64,000 bases of DNA, taken from IMG/VR virus record IMGVR_UViG_3300032335_000499; one strand, written 5' to 3'. The notes under the pieces are model-generated. The model did not search any database. It was not told the DNA's origin and was given only the letters and a program-made list of their open reading frames with translations. This stretch comes from a virus (lineage: Duplodnaviria > Heunggongvirae > Uroviricota > Caudoviricetes). Below, piece by piece: positions 27,924 through 36,675 of the stretch. The position numbers were made by a program, and so were the translations under genes. Within the stretch, counting starts at the first letter, position 1. Every line of letters begins with the position of its first letter.

Positions 27924-28225
27924 TCAGTTGATGACAATCAACAGTAAAGGCGGAAAGACCGGGGTTCGACTCCCCGCACCTCCACCATAGATACATTTGC
28001 CCTGAGTGGCTCGGATATTGCTATAGCAACCGAATAACTGAAAAGTGTATCTATGATGGGGGTGACCTGGATATCGATTTTCGTATAATAGGGCGGTTCG
28101 AGACTGATTGACTGGCAAAGTGCCGCAAAACGTAAATGCAAACGATAACAATGCATATGAAGGTCTTGCGCTAGCCGCATGATTTTTCGGGGTATGGGCA
28201 CCGCCTAGCAACAGAAAGGGCCCAC
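27924..28225 (+). ncRNA. ssrA: Circularly permuted (two-piece) tmRNA
   Basis: T-arm CGGGG-TTCGACT-CCCCG then CACCTCC-A-CCA (ends 27987), a hairpin intervening segment, then GGGGGTG (28058) giving an acceptor stem with G3:U70. Tag ORF 28138-28182 reads ANDNNAYEGLALAA*. Outer ends approximate. Confidence 0.92.
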
Positions 28226-28240
28226 TCTACTCTCACACTG

Positions 28241-28248
28241 TATAAATA
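28241..28248 (+). promoter_or_regulatory. T4-type late promoter TATAAATA
   Basis: Exact motif 4 nt upstream of the polyprotein ATG. Confidence 0.7.
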
Positions 28249-28252
28249 CAAC

Positions 28253-31180
28253 ATGGACATTAATGAACTCGAATCATTTAACATGGCAGATGCGGTAGCG
28301 TTTCACGAGGAACTGAACCCAAAACTTTGGGAAAACGAAAAGCTTGACCCAGAAGTCCGTGATCAATTACTATTGATTGCAGAAGACTTTGTAGAATATT
28401 TGGGTATTAGCAATCTTAAAGTTAGAGACGTTACTCTTAGCGGAAGTAATGCTGCCTATTCATACACTCCTCATAGTGATTTAGACTTACACGTACTAGT
28501 AGACTTTAACGAACTACCAAACAACGAAGTCTACCAAGAACTATTCACTGCTAAGAAAACACTATATAATGATGCCCACGACATTACAGTTCGTGAAGTT
28601 CCGGTAGAATTATATGTACAAGATACTAACAACCCAGTGCAATCATTAGGCGAATACAGTATTGTTCACGATAAGTGGATTCGTATTCCTAAAAAGCGTA
28701 GAGCAAACTTTGATCAAACTGCTACTAAGCTAAAATATGAGAAACTAGGCGAACTTATTGAGTTAGCACTAAAGACTAAAGATCCTAAAAGAGTTAATGA
28801 TACTATTGCTTTAGTCAAGCGTTATCGCAAATCTGGCTTAGACAAAGCCGGCGAGTTCGGTCCCGAAAATCTAGCGTATAAGGCAGTTAGAAAGCAGGGT
28901 TTAGTGCAAGCCCTACACGACCTTAAAGTACAATTGCATACTGAAAAGTTAAGCATTGAAGAATCGGACGATAAGCAAGCAGCAGTGCTTAAGATTCAGA
29001 AACATTTGAATAAGAAGTATGGCGCTAACCTTGACCTTGATGGTAAGTTAGGTCCGTTGACGCTCAAATCAATCAACAAGTTTATGCCTAAAGCAAAGAC
29101 TGGATTAGCTGATGAGCCTAACAAGACAACAGCCGTGCAAGGTAAGAAGCTTAAAGAAGCACCAAGAACATTTCAGCCTCAGACAACTCCGATTCAAGAG
29201 TTGATTTCTGATTATAATTATTTCACATCCTTTGGTACTGTTCACTTAGAAAAGCAGGGCAAGACTCCAGAAGCACAAAAAGAACTATTAGCATTGGTTC
29301 AGCGATTACAAAAAGATGCTAAAGTTTTTGGTTCTGTTGTGCGTGATAAGAAAAAGATGGAAGCAAATCGTGACACCATATTGACTCACATCTATCAGAT
29401 GATGACCTATGCTATTCCTATCTTGAAGAAGAATCTTCCTGCTGATGACTGGGAGGCAAAGCGTAGTCAGATTAACTCGGTACTCACATCATACAATAAT
29501 GTTAGACAGATTAACGAAGCCTCAGATTACAATCAACATGAAAATGAAATAGAAGGTTTCGTACAGTCATTGAATCCCGACGATGTTGGTGTAGAACAGA
29601 TTGGTCCGTATCACGTTCATTTTGAAGGGTTTACGGACGAGTGCCAGCAAGACGCAGAAAGACGCTGCAATCTACCATCAGATAGTCCGCAACACTTAGC
29701 AAACTATGATGATGTTTATAAAGAAGTCATACGAGACTTTGTTAGGCGTGAAGGTGGCAAGAAGCCGCTAAAAGTTGGCTTTGCTGGATATCAAGATTAC
29801 CCTGTTGTATATGCGGTGTTCGACAATCCTGAACCATATAAGAATCCAGATGCTTGGAATCCAAAAATAGACGAAGAACAAGAGCGCCACCCGTATCCAT
29901 ACGGGTATTGGATAGATATAACCGGTGAGGTCGTTCCCGTAGAAACTTATAATGGACATGGAACGGTAGGCAGAGCCATAATGCAAAAGCACGACCGAAG
30001 AACCAAAAAAGGCACAATCGGTGACTCACTAAATCTATTCTATTCTGGTGCTATTAGGGTAGTAACATATAATTATCCTGATATGGAAGTTGAAGTATGC
30101 GAGCCTAACATTAAAGCTGCAAGAAGCCTAACTAGATTATTAAGAGATATTCAACCAAATACAGTGTATTATGAAAACAATTGTAAGATGGGTGTTGATC
30201 CGCAAAGCGGATCCTGGCAAGAAGCATCTAGATGGCTTATGCAACAAGCTGTAGAACCTGACTATTATGGTAAGATAGCGCAGGATAAGTACGGTACAAA
30301 AAATGAATTGGTTAAAGAAGCATCAGGATATATTCCATCAGCAAAAGAGAAGAACGATCCTCGATTCAAAACTGCCCTCACAGTAGATGTAAAGCCAGAC
30401 GCAATCAAGAAGAACGCTAAGGCATTTGGCTTCAAGACTTCTAGAGCAGGTATTCCTCCCCAAGCCAGAGCAGACGGAAAGATTGCAGAAGACCTAATGC
30501 GAGAGTTTAAAACTTTCTTGGGTGAGCAGCAGGAAGAAATGTTTCCGGGCTATGATGAACAGCACAGAGAAAAGCGTTTAGGCAATTGGTTAGCTAAGTC
30601 TTGGGGTGTCCAGAACGGCAAGCCACAGACATTCTATCACGCTACTACCAAAGACTTTGACACATTCAATACTAGTGGAACAGGTTTCGCTAGTGCGCTA
30701 GGTATGGCATATGAAGTAGAGCGTCACGGTTCCTTCTTCGCAGTGGACCCAAAGTTTGCTGAAGGCTTCATTGAAGATCCAAACACAGGCAGAGTCAAAG
30801 AAGGAGGCAGAATTCTTCCGGTACACCTATCGATCCAATCACCGATTGATTTGCGTGACGATGCACTATCAAGAATGCTGAGTGATGAGGAAACTGTAGA
30901 CGAATTCAAAGCTAACGGCATTGACCTCCGCTCAATCTACAATCACTTTTATGAACTTGAACGTTGGGAACTGTTTGACGGTCCCGAAGGTGCAGAGTTT
31001 ATTGATAACCTACAGAAGCTGGGCTTTGATGGGGCAATCATCAACGAAGCAATACCTAACAATAGTAACGCTAAGTCCGGTCAAGTCTGGGTCGCATTCA
31101 GTCCTAATCAAGTAAAGTCAGTTTACAATCGCGGATCATTTTCCCCTGACGATGCTAGGCTAACCAAAGAAAGCGGTTGA
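28253..31180 (+). CDS. Multidomain polyprotein: nucleotidyltransferase + PG-binding + ADP-ribosyltransferase-like (ART-PolyVal-type) domains
   Basis: SGSN...SDLDLHV (Pol-beta NTase motif); VLKIQKHL...LDLDGKLGPLT (PG-binding); FYHAT...GSFF...GFDG...VAFSPNQVKS (ART-like). Confidence 0.7.
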   Translation: MDINELESFNMADAVAFHEELNPKLWENEKLDPEVRDQLLLIAEDFVEYLGISNLKVRDVTLSGSNAAYSYTPHSDLDLHVLVDFNELPNNEVYQELFTAKKTLYNDAHDITVREVPVELYVQDTNNPVQSLGEYSIVHDKWIRIPKKRRANFDQTATKLKYEKLGELIELALKTKDPKRVNDTIALVKRYRKSGLDKAGEFGPENLAYKAVRKQGLVQALHDLKVQLHTEKLSIEESDDKQAAVLKIQKHLNKKYGANLDLDGKLGPLTLKSINKFMPKAKTGLADEPNKTTAVQGKKLKEAPRTFQPQTTPIQELISDYNYFTSFGTVHLEKQGKTPEAQKELLALVQRLQKDAKVFGSVVRDKKKMEANRDTILTHIYQMMTYAIPILKKNLPADDWEAKRSQINSVLTSYNNVRQINEASDYNQHENEIEGFVQSLNPDDVGVEQIGPYHVHFEGFTDECQQDAERRCNLPSDSPQHLANYDDVYKEVIRDFVRREGGKKPLKVGFAGYQDYPVVYAVFDNPEPYKNPDAWNPKIDEEQERHPYPYGYWIDITGEVVPVETYNGHGTVGRAIMQKHDRRTKKGTIGDSLNLFYSGAIRVVTYNYPDMEVEVCEPNIKAARSLTRLLRDIQPNTVYYENNCKMGVDPQSGSWQEASRWLMQQAVEPDYYGKIAQDKYGTKNELVKEASGYIPSAKEKNDPRFKTALTVDVKPDAIKKNAKAFGFKTSRAGIPPQARADGKIAEDLMREFKTFLGEQQEEMFPGYDEQHREKRLGNWLAKSWGVQNGKPQTFYHATTKDFDTFNTSGTGFASALGMAYEVERHGSFFAVDPKFAEGFIEDPNTGRVKEGGRILPVHLSIQSPIDLRDDALSRMLSDEETVDEFKANGIDLRSIYNHFYELERWELFDGPEGAEFIDNLQKLGFDGAIINEAIPNNSNAKSGQVWVAFSPNQVKSVYNRGSFSPDDARLTKESG

Positions 31181-31205
31181 CTTATGCCCAAAACTAATGT
31201 AGTGT
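31177..31205 (+). promoter_or_regulatory. Sigma70-like promoter
   Basis: TTGACT-17-TAGTGT, with ATG 6 nt downstream. Confidence 0.5.
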
Positions 31206-31211
31206 AAGAAT

Positions 31212-31472
31212 ATGAGCAAGACATTTAACACTGCATTAGAAGCTAGGGATATCATCATAGACCTGCGCATACAGTTGAATAGACTGCCATACAATCCTGA
31301 CCTCAGGAAACTCTGCAACAACATCGGCGAAATGAATTCTACCCTTAGCCGACTCGAAGTTGAAGCACGCCAAACTCGCAAGACCCACAAAGTTGACGCA
31401 CATAAGGAAGATATGATTAAGGCTATCAAGCACCTTGAGCATCTTATCCTTATGGCAAAACTGATGGCATAA
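31212..31472 (+). CDS. Hypothetical helical protein
   Basis: ORF follows the promoter. Confidence 0.55.
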   Translation: MSKTFNTALEARDIIIDLRIQLNRLPYNPDLRKLCNNIGEMNSTLSRLEVEARQTRKTHKVDAHKEDMIKAIKHLEHLILMAKLMA

Positions 31473-31500
31473 AAAAATATCCACTAAGGCGAAAAAGTGG

Positions 31501-31529
31501 TTGACAATACCCTCATAATATCGTATAAC
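31501..31529 (+). promoter_or_regulatory. Sigma70 early promoter
   Basis: TTGACA-17-TATAAC. Confidence 0.75.
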
Positions 31530-31589
31530 AAGATATAGAGAGCAAGAAAGCAAACACTCTCTACGTTGTTTAATTTAGGAGCTAAAATT

Positions 31590-32690
31590 ATGTCTCAGAT
31601 TTCAGATAATCTCACTATCACTTCAATTCAAGCCCGCAAGGCGATGCTTACTGCATTTAAGGTAAAGCGTCCTGTCTTTCTTTGGGGCCCTCCCGGCATC
31701 GGTAAGTCCGAATGCGTTCAAGATATCACTGACGAACTCGGTGGTTACATGGTCGATTTGCGTATGGCGCAGATGGAACCAACTGACATTCGCGGTATCC
31801 CTTACTTCAATAAGGAAATCGGTAAGATGGATTGGGCCGAGCCTGTCGATCTTCCTAGCGAAGAACTCGCTGCACAGTACCCGATTGTTGTTCTCTTCCT
31901 TGACGAAATGAACTCCGCTCCCCCTGCTGTTCAGGCTGCTGGTTATCAGCTTATTCTGAACCGTCGTGTTGGTAAGTACAAGTTGCCTGATAACGTTGTT
32001 ATCGTTGCTGCTGGTAACCGCGATAGCGACAAGGGTGTTACGTATCGTATGCCGATGCCGCTTGCTAACCGTTTCGTTCACATTGAAATGCGTCCTGACT
32101 TCAACTCTTGGCAGATTTGGGCTGTTAACAAGGGCATTCACAAGGATGTTGTTGGTTATCTCTCGTTCGCTAAGCAGGACATCTACGACTTTGATGCTAA
32201 GTCTTCGAGCCGCGCATTCGCTACTCCGCGTTCGTGGACGTTCGTGAGCGACTTGCTTACTGATGAAGATAATGTTGATAACGATACATTGTTCAATCTT
32301 GTTGCAGGTGCAGTCGGTGACGGTCTTGCTACGAAGTTCATGGCACACCGTAAGGTTGCTGGTAAGATGCCGAATCCTGCTGACATTCTTGAAGGCAAGG
32401 TCAAGGAGCTTAACGTCAAGGAAATCTCTGCGATGTACTCGCTGACGATTTCTATGTGCTATGAGTTGAAGGACGCTATCGACAACAAGCGTGTTGATAA
32501 CAAGAAGTTCCACGAAATGGCTGGCAACTTCTTTGAATACATGATGAAGAACTTCGAAACGGAGTTGGTTGTCATGGGCGCTAAGATTGCTCTCAAGACT
32601 TACAAGCTTCCAATTGAGCCTTCGCAGCTTAACAACTTCGATGAATTCTACAAGAAGTACGGCAAGTACATTGTAGACGCTGGCAACTAA
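31590..32690 (+). CDS. MoxR-like AAA+ ATPase
   Basis: GPPGIGKS Walker A, LFLDE Walker B, AAGN, LANRF, TPRSW. AGGAG RBS precedes ATG 31590. Confidence 0.85.
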   Translation: MSQISDNLTITSIQARKAMLTAFKVKRPVFLWGPPGIGKSECVQDITDELGGYMVDLRMAQMEPTDIRGIPYFNKEIGKMDWAEPVDLPSEELAAQYPIVVLFLDEMNSAPPAVQAAGYQLILNRRVGKYKLPDNVVIVAAGNRDSDKGVTYRMPMPLANRFVHIEMRPDFNSWQIWAVNKGIHKDVVGYLSFAKQDIYDFDAKSSSRAFATPRSWTFVSDLLTDEDNVDNDTLFNLVAGAVGDGLATKFMAHRKVAGKMPNPADILEGKVKELNVKEISAMYSLTISMCYELKDAIDNKRVDNKKFHEMAGNFFEYMMKNFETELVVMGAKIALKTYKLPIEPSQLNNFDEFYKKYGKYIVDAGN

Positions 32691-32702
32691 GTCAGCAGCT
32701 CC

Positions 32703-32740
32703 TGGGGGAAGGTTAGAGACAGCCTTCCCCCACCCTCTTT
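32703..32740 (+). terminator. Probable intrinsic terminator
   Basis: TGGGGGAAGGT/GCCTTCCCCCA stem followed by a pyrimidine tract. Confidence 0.6.
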
Positions 32741-32764
32741 ATGTCTCATTCAAAGGATCCTTTT

Positions 32765-33049
32765 ATGGCTAAGCCAATATTTAAATACACCACCGAGCAA
32801 CAGCATCTTCGTAATTGCCAACAGCGGATCAACGGATTGACCGTCAGTGTTAATATGGGCAAACCGTATCAAACAGAACTTAATCGCATGATTGCTGCTC
32901 GTGCAGACATTATAACACGAATTCCCGAAGCTGAACTTGCTGCAATGCAGGCTCACGAAAATCGTGTATTGACTGTTGCAGAAAAGGCAGCAGAAGCTAA
33001 GGCACTAGTCGAAGCAATGTCTGCAAATCGTGAAAAATCTTCAATTTAG
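32765..33049 (+). CDS. Hypothetical protein
   Basis: AAAGGA RBS; helical ORF between the ATPase and vWA genes. Confidence 0.55.
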   Translation: MAKPIFKYTTEQQHLRNCQQRINGLTVSVNMGKPYQTELNRMIAARADIITRIPEAELAAMQAHENRVLTVAEKAAEAKALVEAMSANREKSSI

Positions 33050-33051
33050 GC

Positions 33052-33080
33052 TTGACATTGGTTCCCTTTTGCGTTATAGT
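33052..33080 (+). promoter_or_regulatory. Sigma70 early promoter
   Basis: TTGACA-17-TATAGT. Confidence 0.75.
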
Positions 33081-33108
33081 GAAGATATAATCAATCGAAG
33101 GAGTTTTT

Positions 33109-34407
33109 ATGACAGGTATCACAACTGCTGACAAGCGCAAGTCTAAGCGTTCACGCAGCAAAAAGTTTGAAAATCTTGTTGGTCCTACTGACCCGCGTGT
33201 TGACCATGATGCTCGTGAGCGATTGATTACTGCCCGCATCGGTCTATTGCTTAAGCATGCCTTCTTCGGTAACCTCGCTACTCGTCTCCAACTTATCAAT
33301 GCTGATGATTGGTTGACTACTGCTGCTACTGACGGTCTTAAGCTGTATTACAACAGTCGTTTTATCATGATGCTCAAGCCGAAGGAAGTTGAATTCCTCG
33401 TTGCTCATGAAGTTATGCACGTTGTTTACGATCACATTGGTCGTCGTATTGACCGTGACCCCGAAATCTGGAACATCGCTAACGATTACACTGTAAACGC
33501 TGATCTTAAGAAGCACAAGGTCGGTGAGTTCATCACGACGGTTCCTTGCTTATACGAAAAGAAGTACGAGAACTGGACTTCGGAAGATATCTATGATGAT
33601 TTGATGAAGAATGTTCAGTATATCGATATTGATGACCTTCTTGACCAAATGCTTGATGACCATCTTGATGGTGAAGGTGACGATAGCGAAGACGGTGACG
33701 GCAACGAAGACCGCAAGGGTAAGGGTCGTCCTAAGATGTCCGAAGCCGAGCGTGAAGCTATGCGTCAGGAAGTCAAGCAGGCTATTCTGAATGCTGCACA
33801 ACAGGCAGAAGCAGGTTCAATGCCCGCAGGGGTTGAACGTCTTATCAAGCAGATGACTGACCCTGTCATGCCCTGGCGTGAACTTATCCAGACTAATCTG
33901 ACCTCTGCTATCAAGTCTGATTACACTTGGATGCGTCCTTCTCGTCGCTCGTGGCACATGGATGCTATCATGCCCGGTATGAACCCCGGTGAAGAAATCG
34001 ATGTTGATATCTATATCGACATGTCAGGTTCTATCAGCAACAAGCAGGGTATGCAGTTCCTTAGCGAAGTCGCTGGCATGATGGATGCGTTTGATGGTTA
34101 CAATCTCCGTGTGACTTGCTTTGATACCAAATGCTACAACACTCAGGAATTCTCTAACGAGAACATGGAGCGTATTGAAGAATACGAATTGCACGGAGGT
34201 GGTGGTACCGACTTCGATTGCATCTTTGATGACCTCAAAGAAGCTGGTCGTGTGCCCAATCGCTTGATTGTCTTCACTGACGGTTATCCGTTTGGTAGCT
34301 GGGGTGACGCTGATTACTGTGATACGACTTGGGTTATTCACGGTGACCCGAACCCCAATCCCCCGTTCGGTGTATATGCGATTTACGATGACCATCGTAA
34401 AAAGTGA
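33109..34407 (+). CDS. Metallopeptidase + vWA domain protein (DUF2201-like)
   Basis: TAATDG, AHEVMH (HExxH), WNIANDY, DMSGS MIDAS, GGGGTDF, FTDG. Confidence 0.85.
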   Translation: MTGITTADKRKSKRSRSKKFENLVGPTDPRVDHDARERLITARIGLLLKHAFFGNLATRLQLINADDWLTTAATDGLKLYYNSRFIMMLKPKEVEFLVAHEVMHVVYDHIGRRIDRDPEIWNIANDYTVNADLKKHKVGEFITTVPCLYEKKYENWTSEDIYDDLMKNVQYIDIDDLLDQMLDDHLDGEGDDSEDGDGNEDRKGKGRPKMSEAEREAMRQEVKQAILNAAQQAEAGSMPAGVERLIKQMTDPVMPWRELIQTNLTSAIKSDYTWMRPSRRSWHMDAIMPGMNPGEEIDVDIYIDMSGSISNKQGMQFLSEVAGMMDAFDGYNLRVTCFDTKCYNTQEFSNENMERIEEYELHGGGGTDFDCIFDDLKEAGRVPNRLIVFTDGYPFGSWGDADYCDTTWVIHGDPNPNPPFGVYAIYDDHRKK

Positions 34408-34669
34408 TCTAGAACCCGTTTCGGAGACTCGTTACATATATGAGTCTCCAAACGGGGGAAAGACCGTTTACGCTAGAGAAATTGGTTCAGATAAGAGAGT
34501 TATCGTGAAACAGGATCCTTCCATTATTGAACGTCAACAGACAGCTATGAGGTCCAATCGGCTACTGACTATACTAAAGAAGTCACAAACCGATACTACG
34601 CTCAAGGATGCTCTAGAGGCGCTTGAAGCACTATATATCATTAAGTACGGCGATGCTAAAGACAATTGA
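34388..34669 (+). CDS. Hypothetical phage protein
   Basis: YIYESPNGGKTVYARE motif; start chosen near the upstream stop. Confidence 0.55.
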   Translation: MTIVKSDLEPVSETRYIYESPNGGKTVYAREIGSDKRVIVKQDPSIIERQQTAMRSNRLLTILKKSQTDTTLKDALEALEALYIIKYGDAKDN

Positions 34670-34892
34670 AGATATCAACCTACATACTTGGTTCATGAAC
34701 CGAGAATTAGACTTTGCCCCTAGTCATTTTGTGGGTTCTAACACACCTATAACTGATGAATCTAAGATTTGGATTCAAGAGAAGTTGTCCGGTCGATATG
34801 CTATGGCTTCTATAGAAAATTCTTTTCTAGAGTACGCTCCCTCATTTGAAGACCCTAAGGAAGCATTGTTCTACGAACTTACTTGGGGATGA
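34653..34892 (+). CDS. Small F-x-L-x-W family protein
   Basis: Ends FEDPKEALFYELTWG. Confidence 0.6.
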   Translation: MLKTIEDINLHTWFMNRELDFAPSHFVGSNTPITDESKIWIQEKLSGRYAMASIENSFLEYAPSFEDPKEALFYELTWG

Positions 34893-35125
34893 AACCCATA
34901 CGTATCAGTTCTGGTACGGGAAAGACCCCACAGGAAGTGTTGAAATGGCTTGACGCCAATATTGGTAAATCCAATTACAGAAACACTACTGATATTGTAG
35001 GCACAGAGTATATTGGGCAAGGCTGGTCTGCTCATTGGAATCATTACGGACATTATGGTTGGTTCCTAGATGTAAAATTCAATGACCCAAAACATGCCGC
35101 ATTCTTCACTCTACGCTGGAAATAA
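34889..35125 (+). CDS. Small F-x-L-x-W family protein
   Basis: VLKWLDANIG...FNDPKHAAFFTLRWK. Confidence 0.6.
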   Translation: MKPIRISSGTGKTPQEVLKWLDANIGKSNYRNTTDIVGTEYIGQGWSAHWNHYGHYGWFLDVKFNDPKHAAFFTLRWK

Positions 35126-35184
35126 AATATTCTATAGCTATTTTCCAATTAAATACTTGTGCTAAATCACAAGGAGAAAAGCAA

Positions 35185-35901
35185 ATGGCTTTTACAAGAC
35201 ACGTTGGAAAACATGGAGACCGCAAAGTTGCAGTCGTATTCCGTGAAGTTCCAGGCGAACCGCACATGGCATTGGTCGTGTACACAGAAATTTTAAACCG
35301 AACTATCCATGATCCACTGGTTCAGTGCATTGAAAGTGATATCGGACAGAATAGCGAAGACCTCGCTCTTGCACTTAACCGCTCATATACCACTGATGGT
35401 CAAATAATTCTTCAAAAACTTCACGCTGAAGGCATGTTGAAGAAGGTTCAGACCGAATTGATTGTTATGACACCTCAGCCTAATACAAGAATCAAGTTGA
35501 ATGAACTTAACAAGATTCTTGATCAAATGAAGATGGGTGAAGATGCAGTTAAGAAGTTAGCTGAAATGGACAACCAATTGGGTATGCAGGATCCAATGGC
35601 AGTCGCAAGACGTATGCGCGGCGACAAGGATGCATTTACCCCTGAAACTATTCCGGGAAATAAACAGGCACCGACTGGTATCGATGCATCTGGTGATTTG
35701 TTAGGTGACACTACCCTTGCTAATAATCTTCGTCAACAGGCTTTAAGAATGGCAGCAGAAGCTAAAGGTCTGCTAGCGGAGTCAGAAAGAATGTTGAGTC
35801 AAGCAGATACATTAGCACCTAGTGCAGCAGCTACCACCGCAGTCGGAGTTCCATCTAAGAAGACAAGAGGGCGTCCTAAGAAAACTGTATCAGTTGCTTA
35901 A
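35185..35901 (+). CDS. Hypothetical protein with C-terminal AT-hook-like motif
   Basis: AAGGAG RBS, upstream ATTAAATA, KKTRGRPKK near the C-terminus. Confidence 0.6.
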   Translation: MAFTRHVGKHGDRKVAVVFREVPGEPHMALVVYTEILNRTIHDPLVQCIESDIGQNSEDLALALNRSYTTDGQIILQKLHAEGMLKKVQTELIVMTPQPNTRIKLNELNKILDQMKMGEDAVKKLAEMDNQLGMQDPMAVARRMRGDKDAFTPETIPGNKQAPTGIDASGDLLGDTTLANNLRQQALRMAAEAKGLLAESERMLSQADTLAPSAAATTAVGVPSKKTRGRPKKTVSVA

Positions 35902-35920
35902 ATTTAGTAAGGATTAATGA

Positions 35921-36217
35921 ATGTCACCCGAGTTTATCCAGAAGTGGGAAAACTTATTACAGGATGTTGACAAGCAAAAAGTACCAATTGAATTTATCAA
36001 AAAGATAATTCTTAGGCTTCAAGGTAAAAGACAACGTACTATTAATATTGAAAAATTGTTAGATCAGGGACTAGATCCGGATCATGTTGAAGATATTATT
36101 AGTAGAAAGATTATTGACCTTGATGACGAAGTTATCGGAATTGAATTTTTACTTAATGTTCAAAGCATTGCAGATGTAGTGCAACCAGAAACAGACAAAT
36201 TACTGAATGGACTATGA
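35921..36217 (+). CDS. Hypothetical protein
   Basis: ORF with RBS, coupled to DHFR. Confidence 0.55.
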   Translation: MSPEFIQKWENLLQDVDKQKVPIEFIKKIILRLQGKRQRTINIEKLLDQGLDPDHVEDIISRKIIDLDDEVIGIEFLLNVQSIADVVQPETDKLLNGL

Positions 36218-36675
36218 AATTAATATTAGCATGTGACCCTAACGGGGGAATAGGCTATCAAAACAAGTTGCCCTGGACTAACGTCCGGGGCGATTTGCCA
36301 AGATTTAAACGCTTAACTGACGGGCAAAACGTCATTATGGGACGCAACACTTGGGATAGCTTACCAAAAAAACCACTTCCTGGCCGACTCAACTTTGTCG
36401 TATCTTCTAGTGAACTAGAAGCGGAACATCACAATGTAATTAGAGTGCCGGACATGGAATTCAATCAGCCCGATGATGTAGAATTTTGGATAATAGGTGG
36501 AGCCAGACTAGTTGAAACTTCTTGGAAAAACATAAACGAAATTCATTTAACCAAAGTATATGACCATTACGCTTGCGATACCTTCATAGATTTGCTATAC
36601 ATAGAACATAACTATGTAAGGACCTACAGCGAAATGTTTCCTGACCATACATATGAGATTTGGAAGAAAAAATGA
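36214..36675 (+). CDS. folA: Dihydrofolate reductase
   Basis: IGYQNKLPW, DLPRFK, IMGRNTWDSL, PLPGRLN, IIGG, CDTF. Confidence 0.95.
   Translation: MKLILACDPNGGIGYQNKLPWTNVRGDLPRFKRLTDGQNVIMGRNTWDSLPKKPLPGRLNFVVSSSELEAEHHNVIRVPDMEFNQPDDVEFWIIGGARLVETSWKNINEIHLTKVYDHYACDTFIDLLYIEHNYVRTYSEMFPDHTYEIWKKK

Noticed and set aside
27960-27987. Apparent tRNA 3' half (T-arm + CCA)
   Set aside because: No D or anticodon arm lies upstream; its acceptor partner is downstream at 28058, so it belongs to the permuted tmRNA.
27924-28211. Minus-strand ORFs of 95 and 87 aa
   Set aside because: They are antisense to the tmRNA and have no protein-like motifs.
31623-32513. 296-aa antisense ORF (also 47218-47667 and similar)
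   Set aside because: Shadow frames explained by the biased codon usage of well-supported + strand genes; no RBS or motifs.
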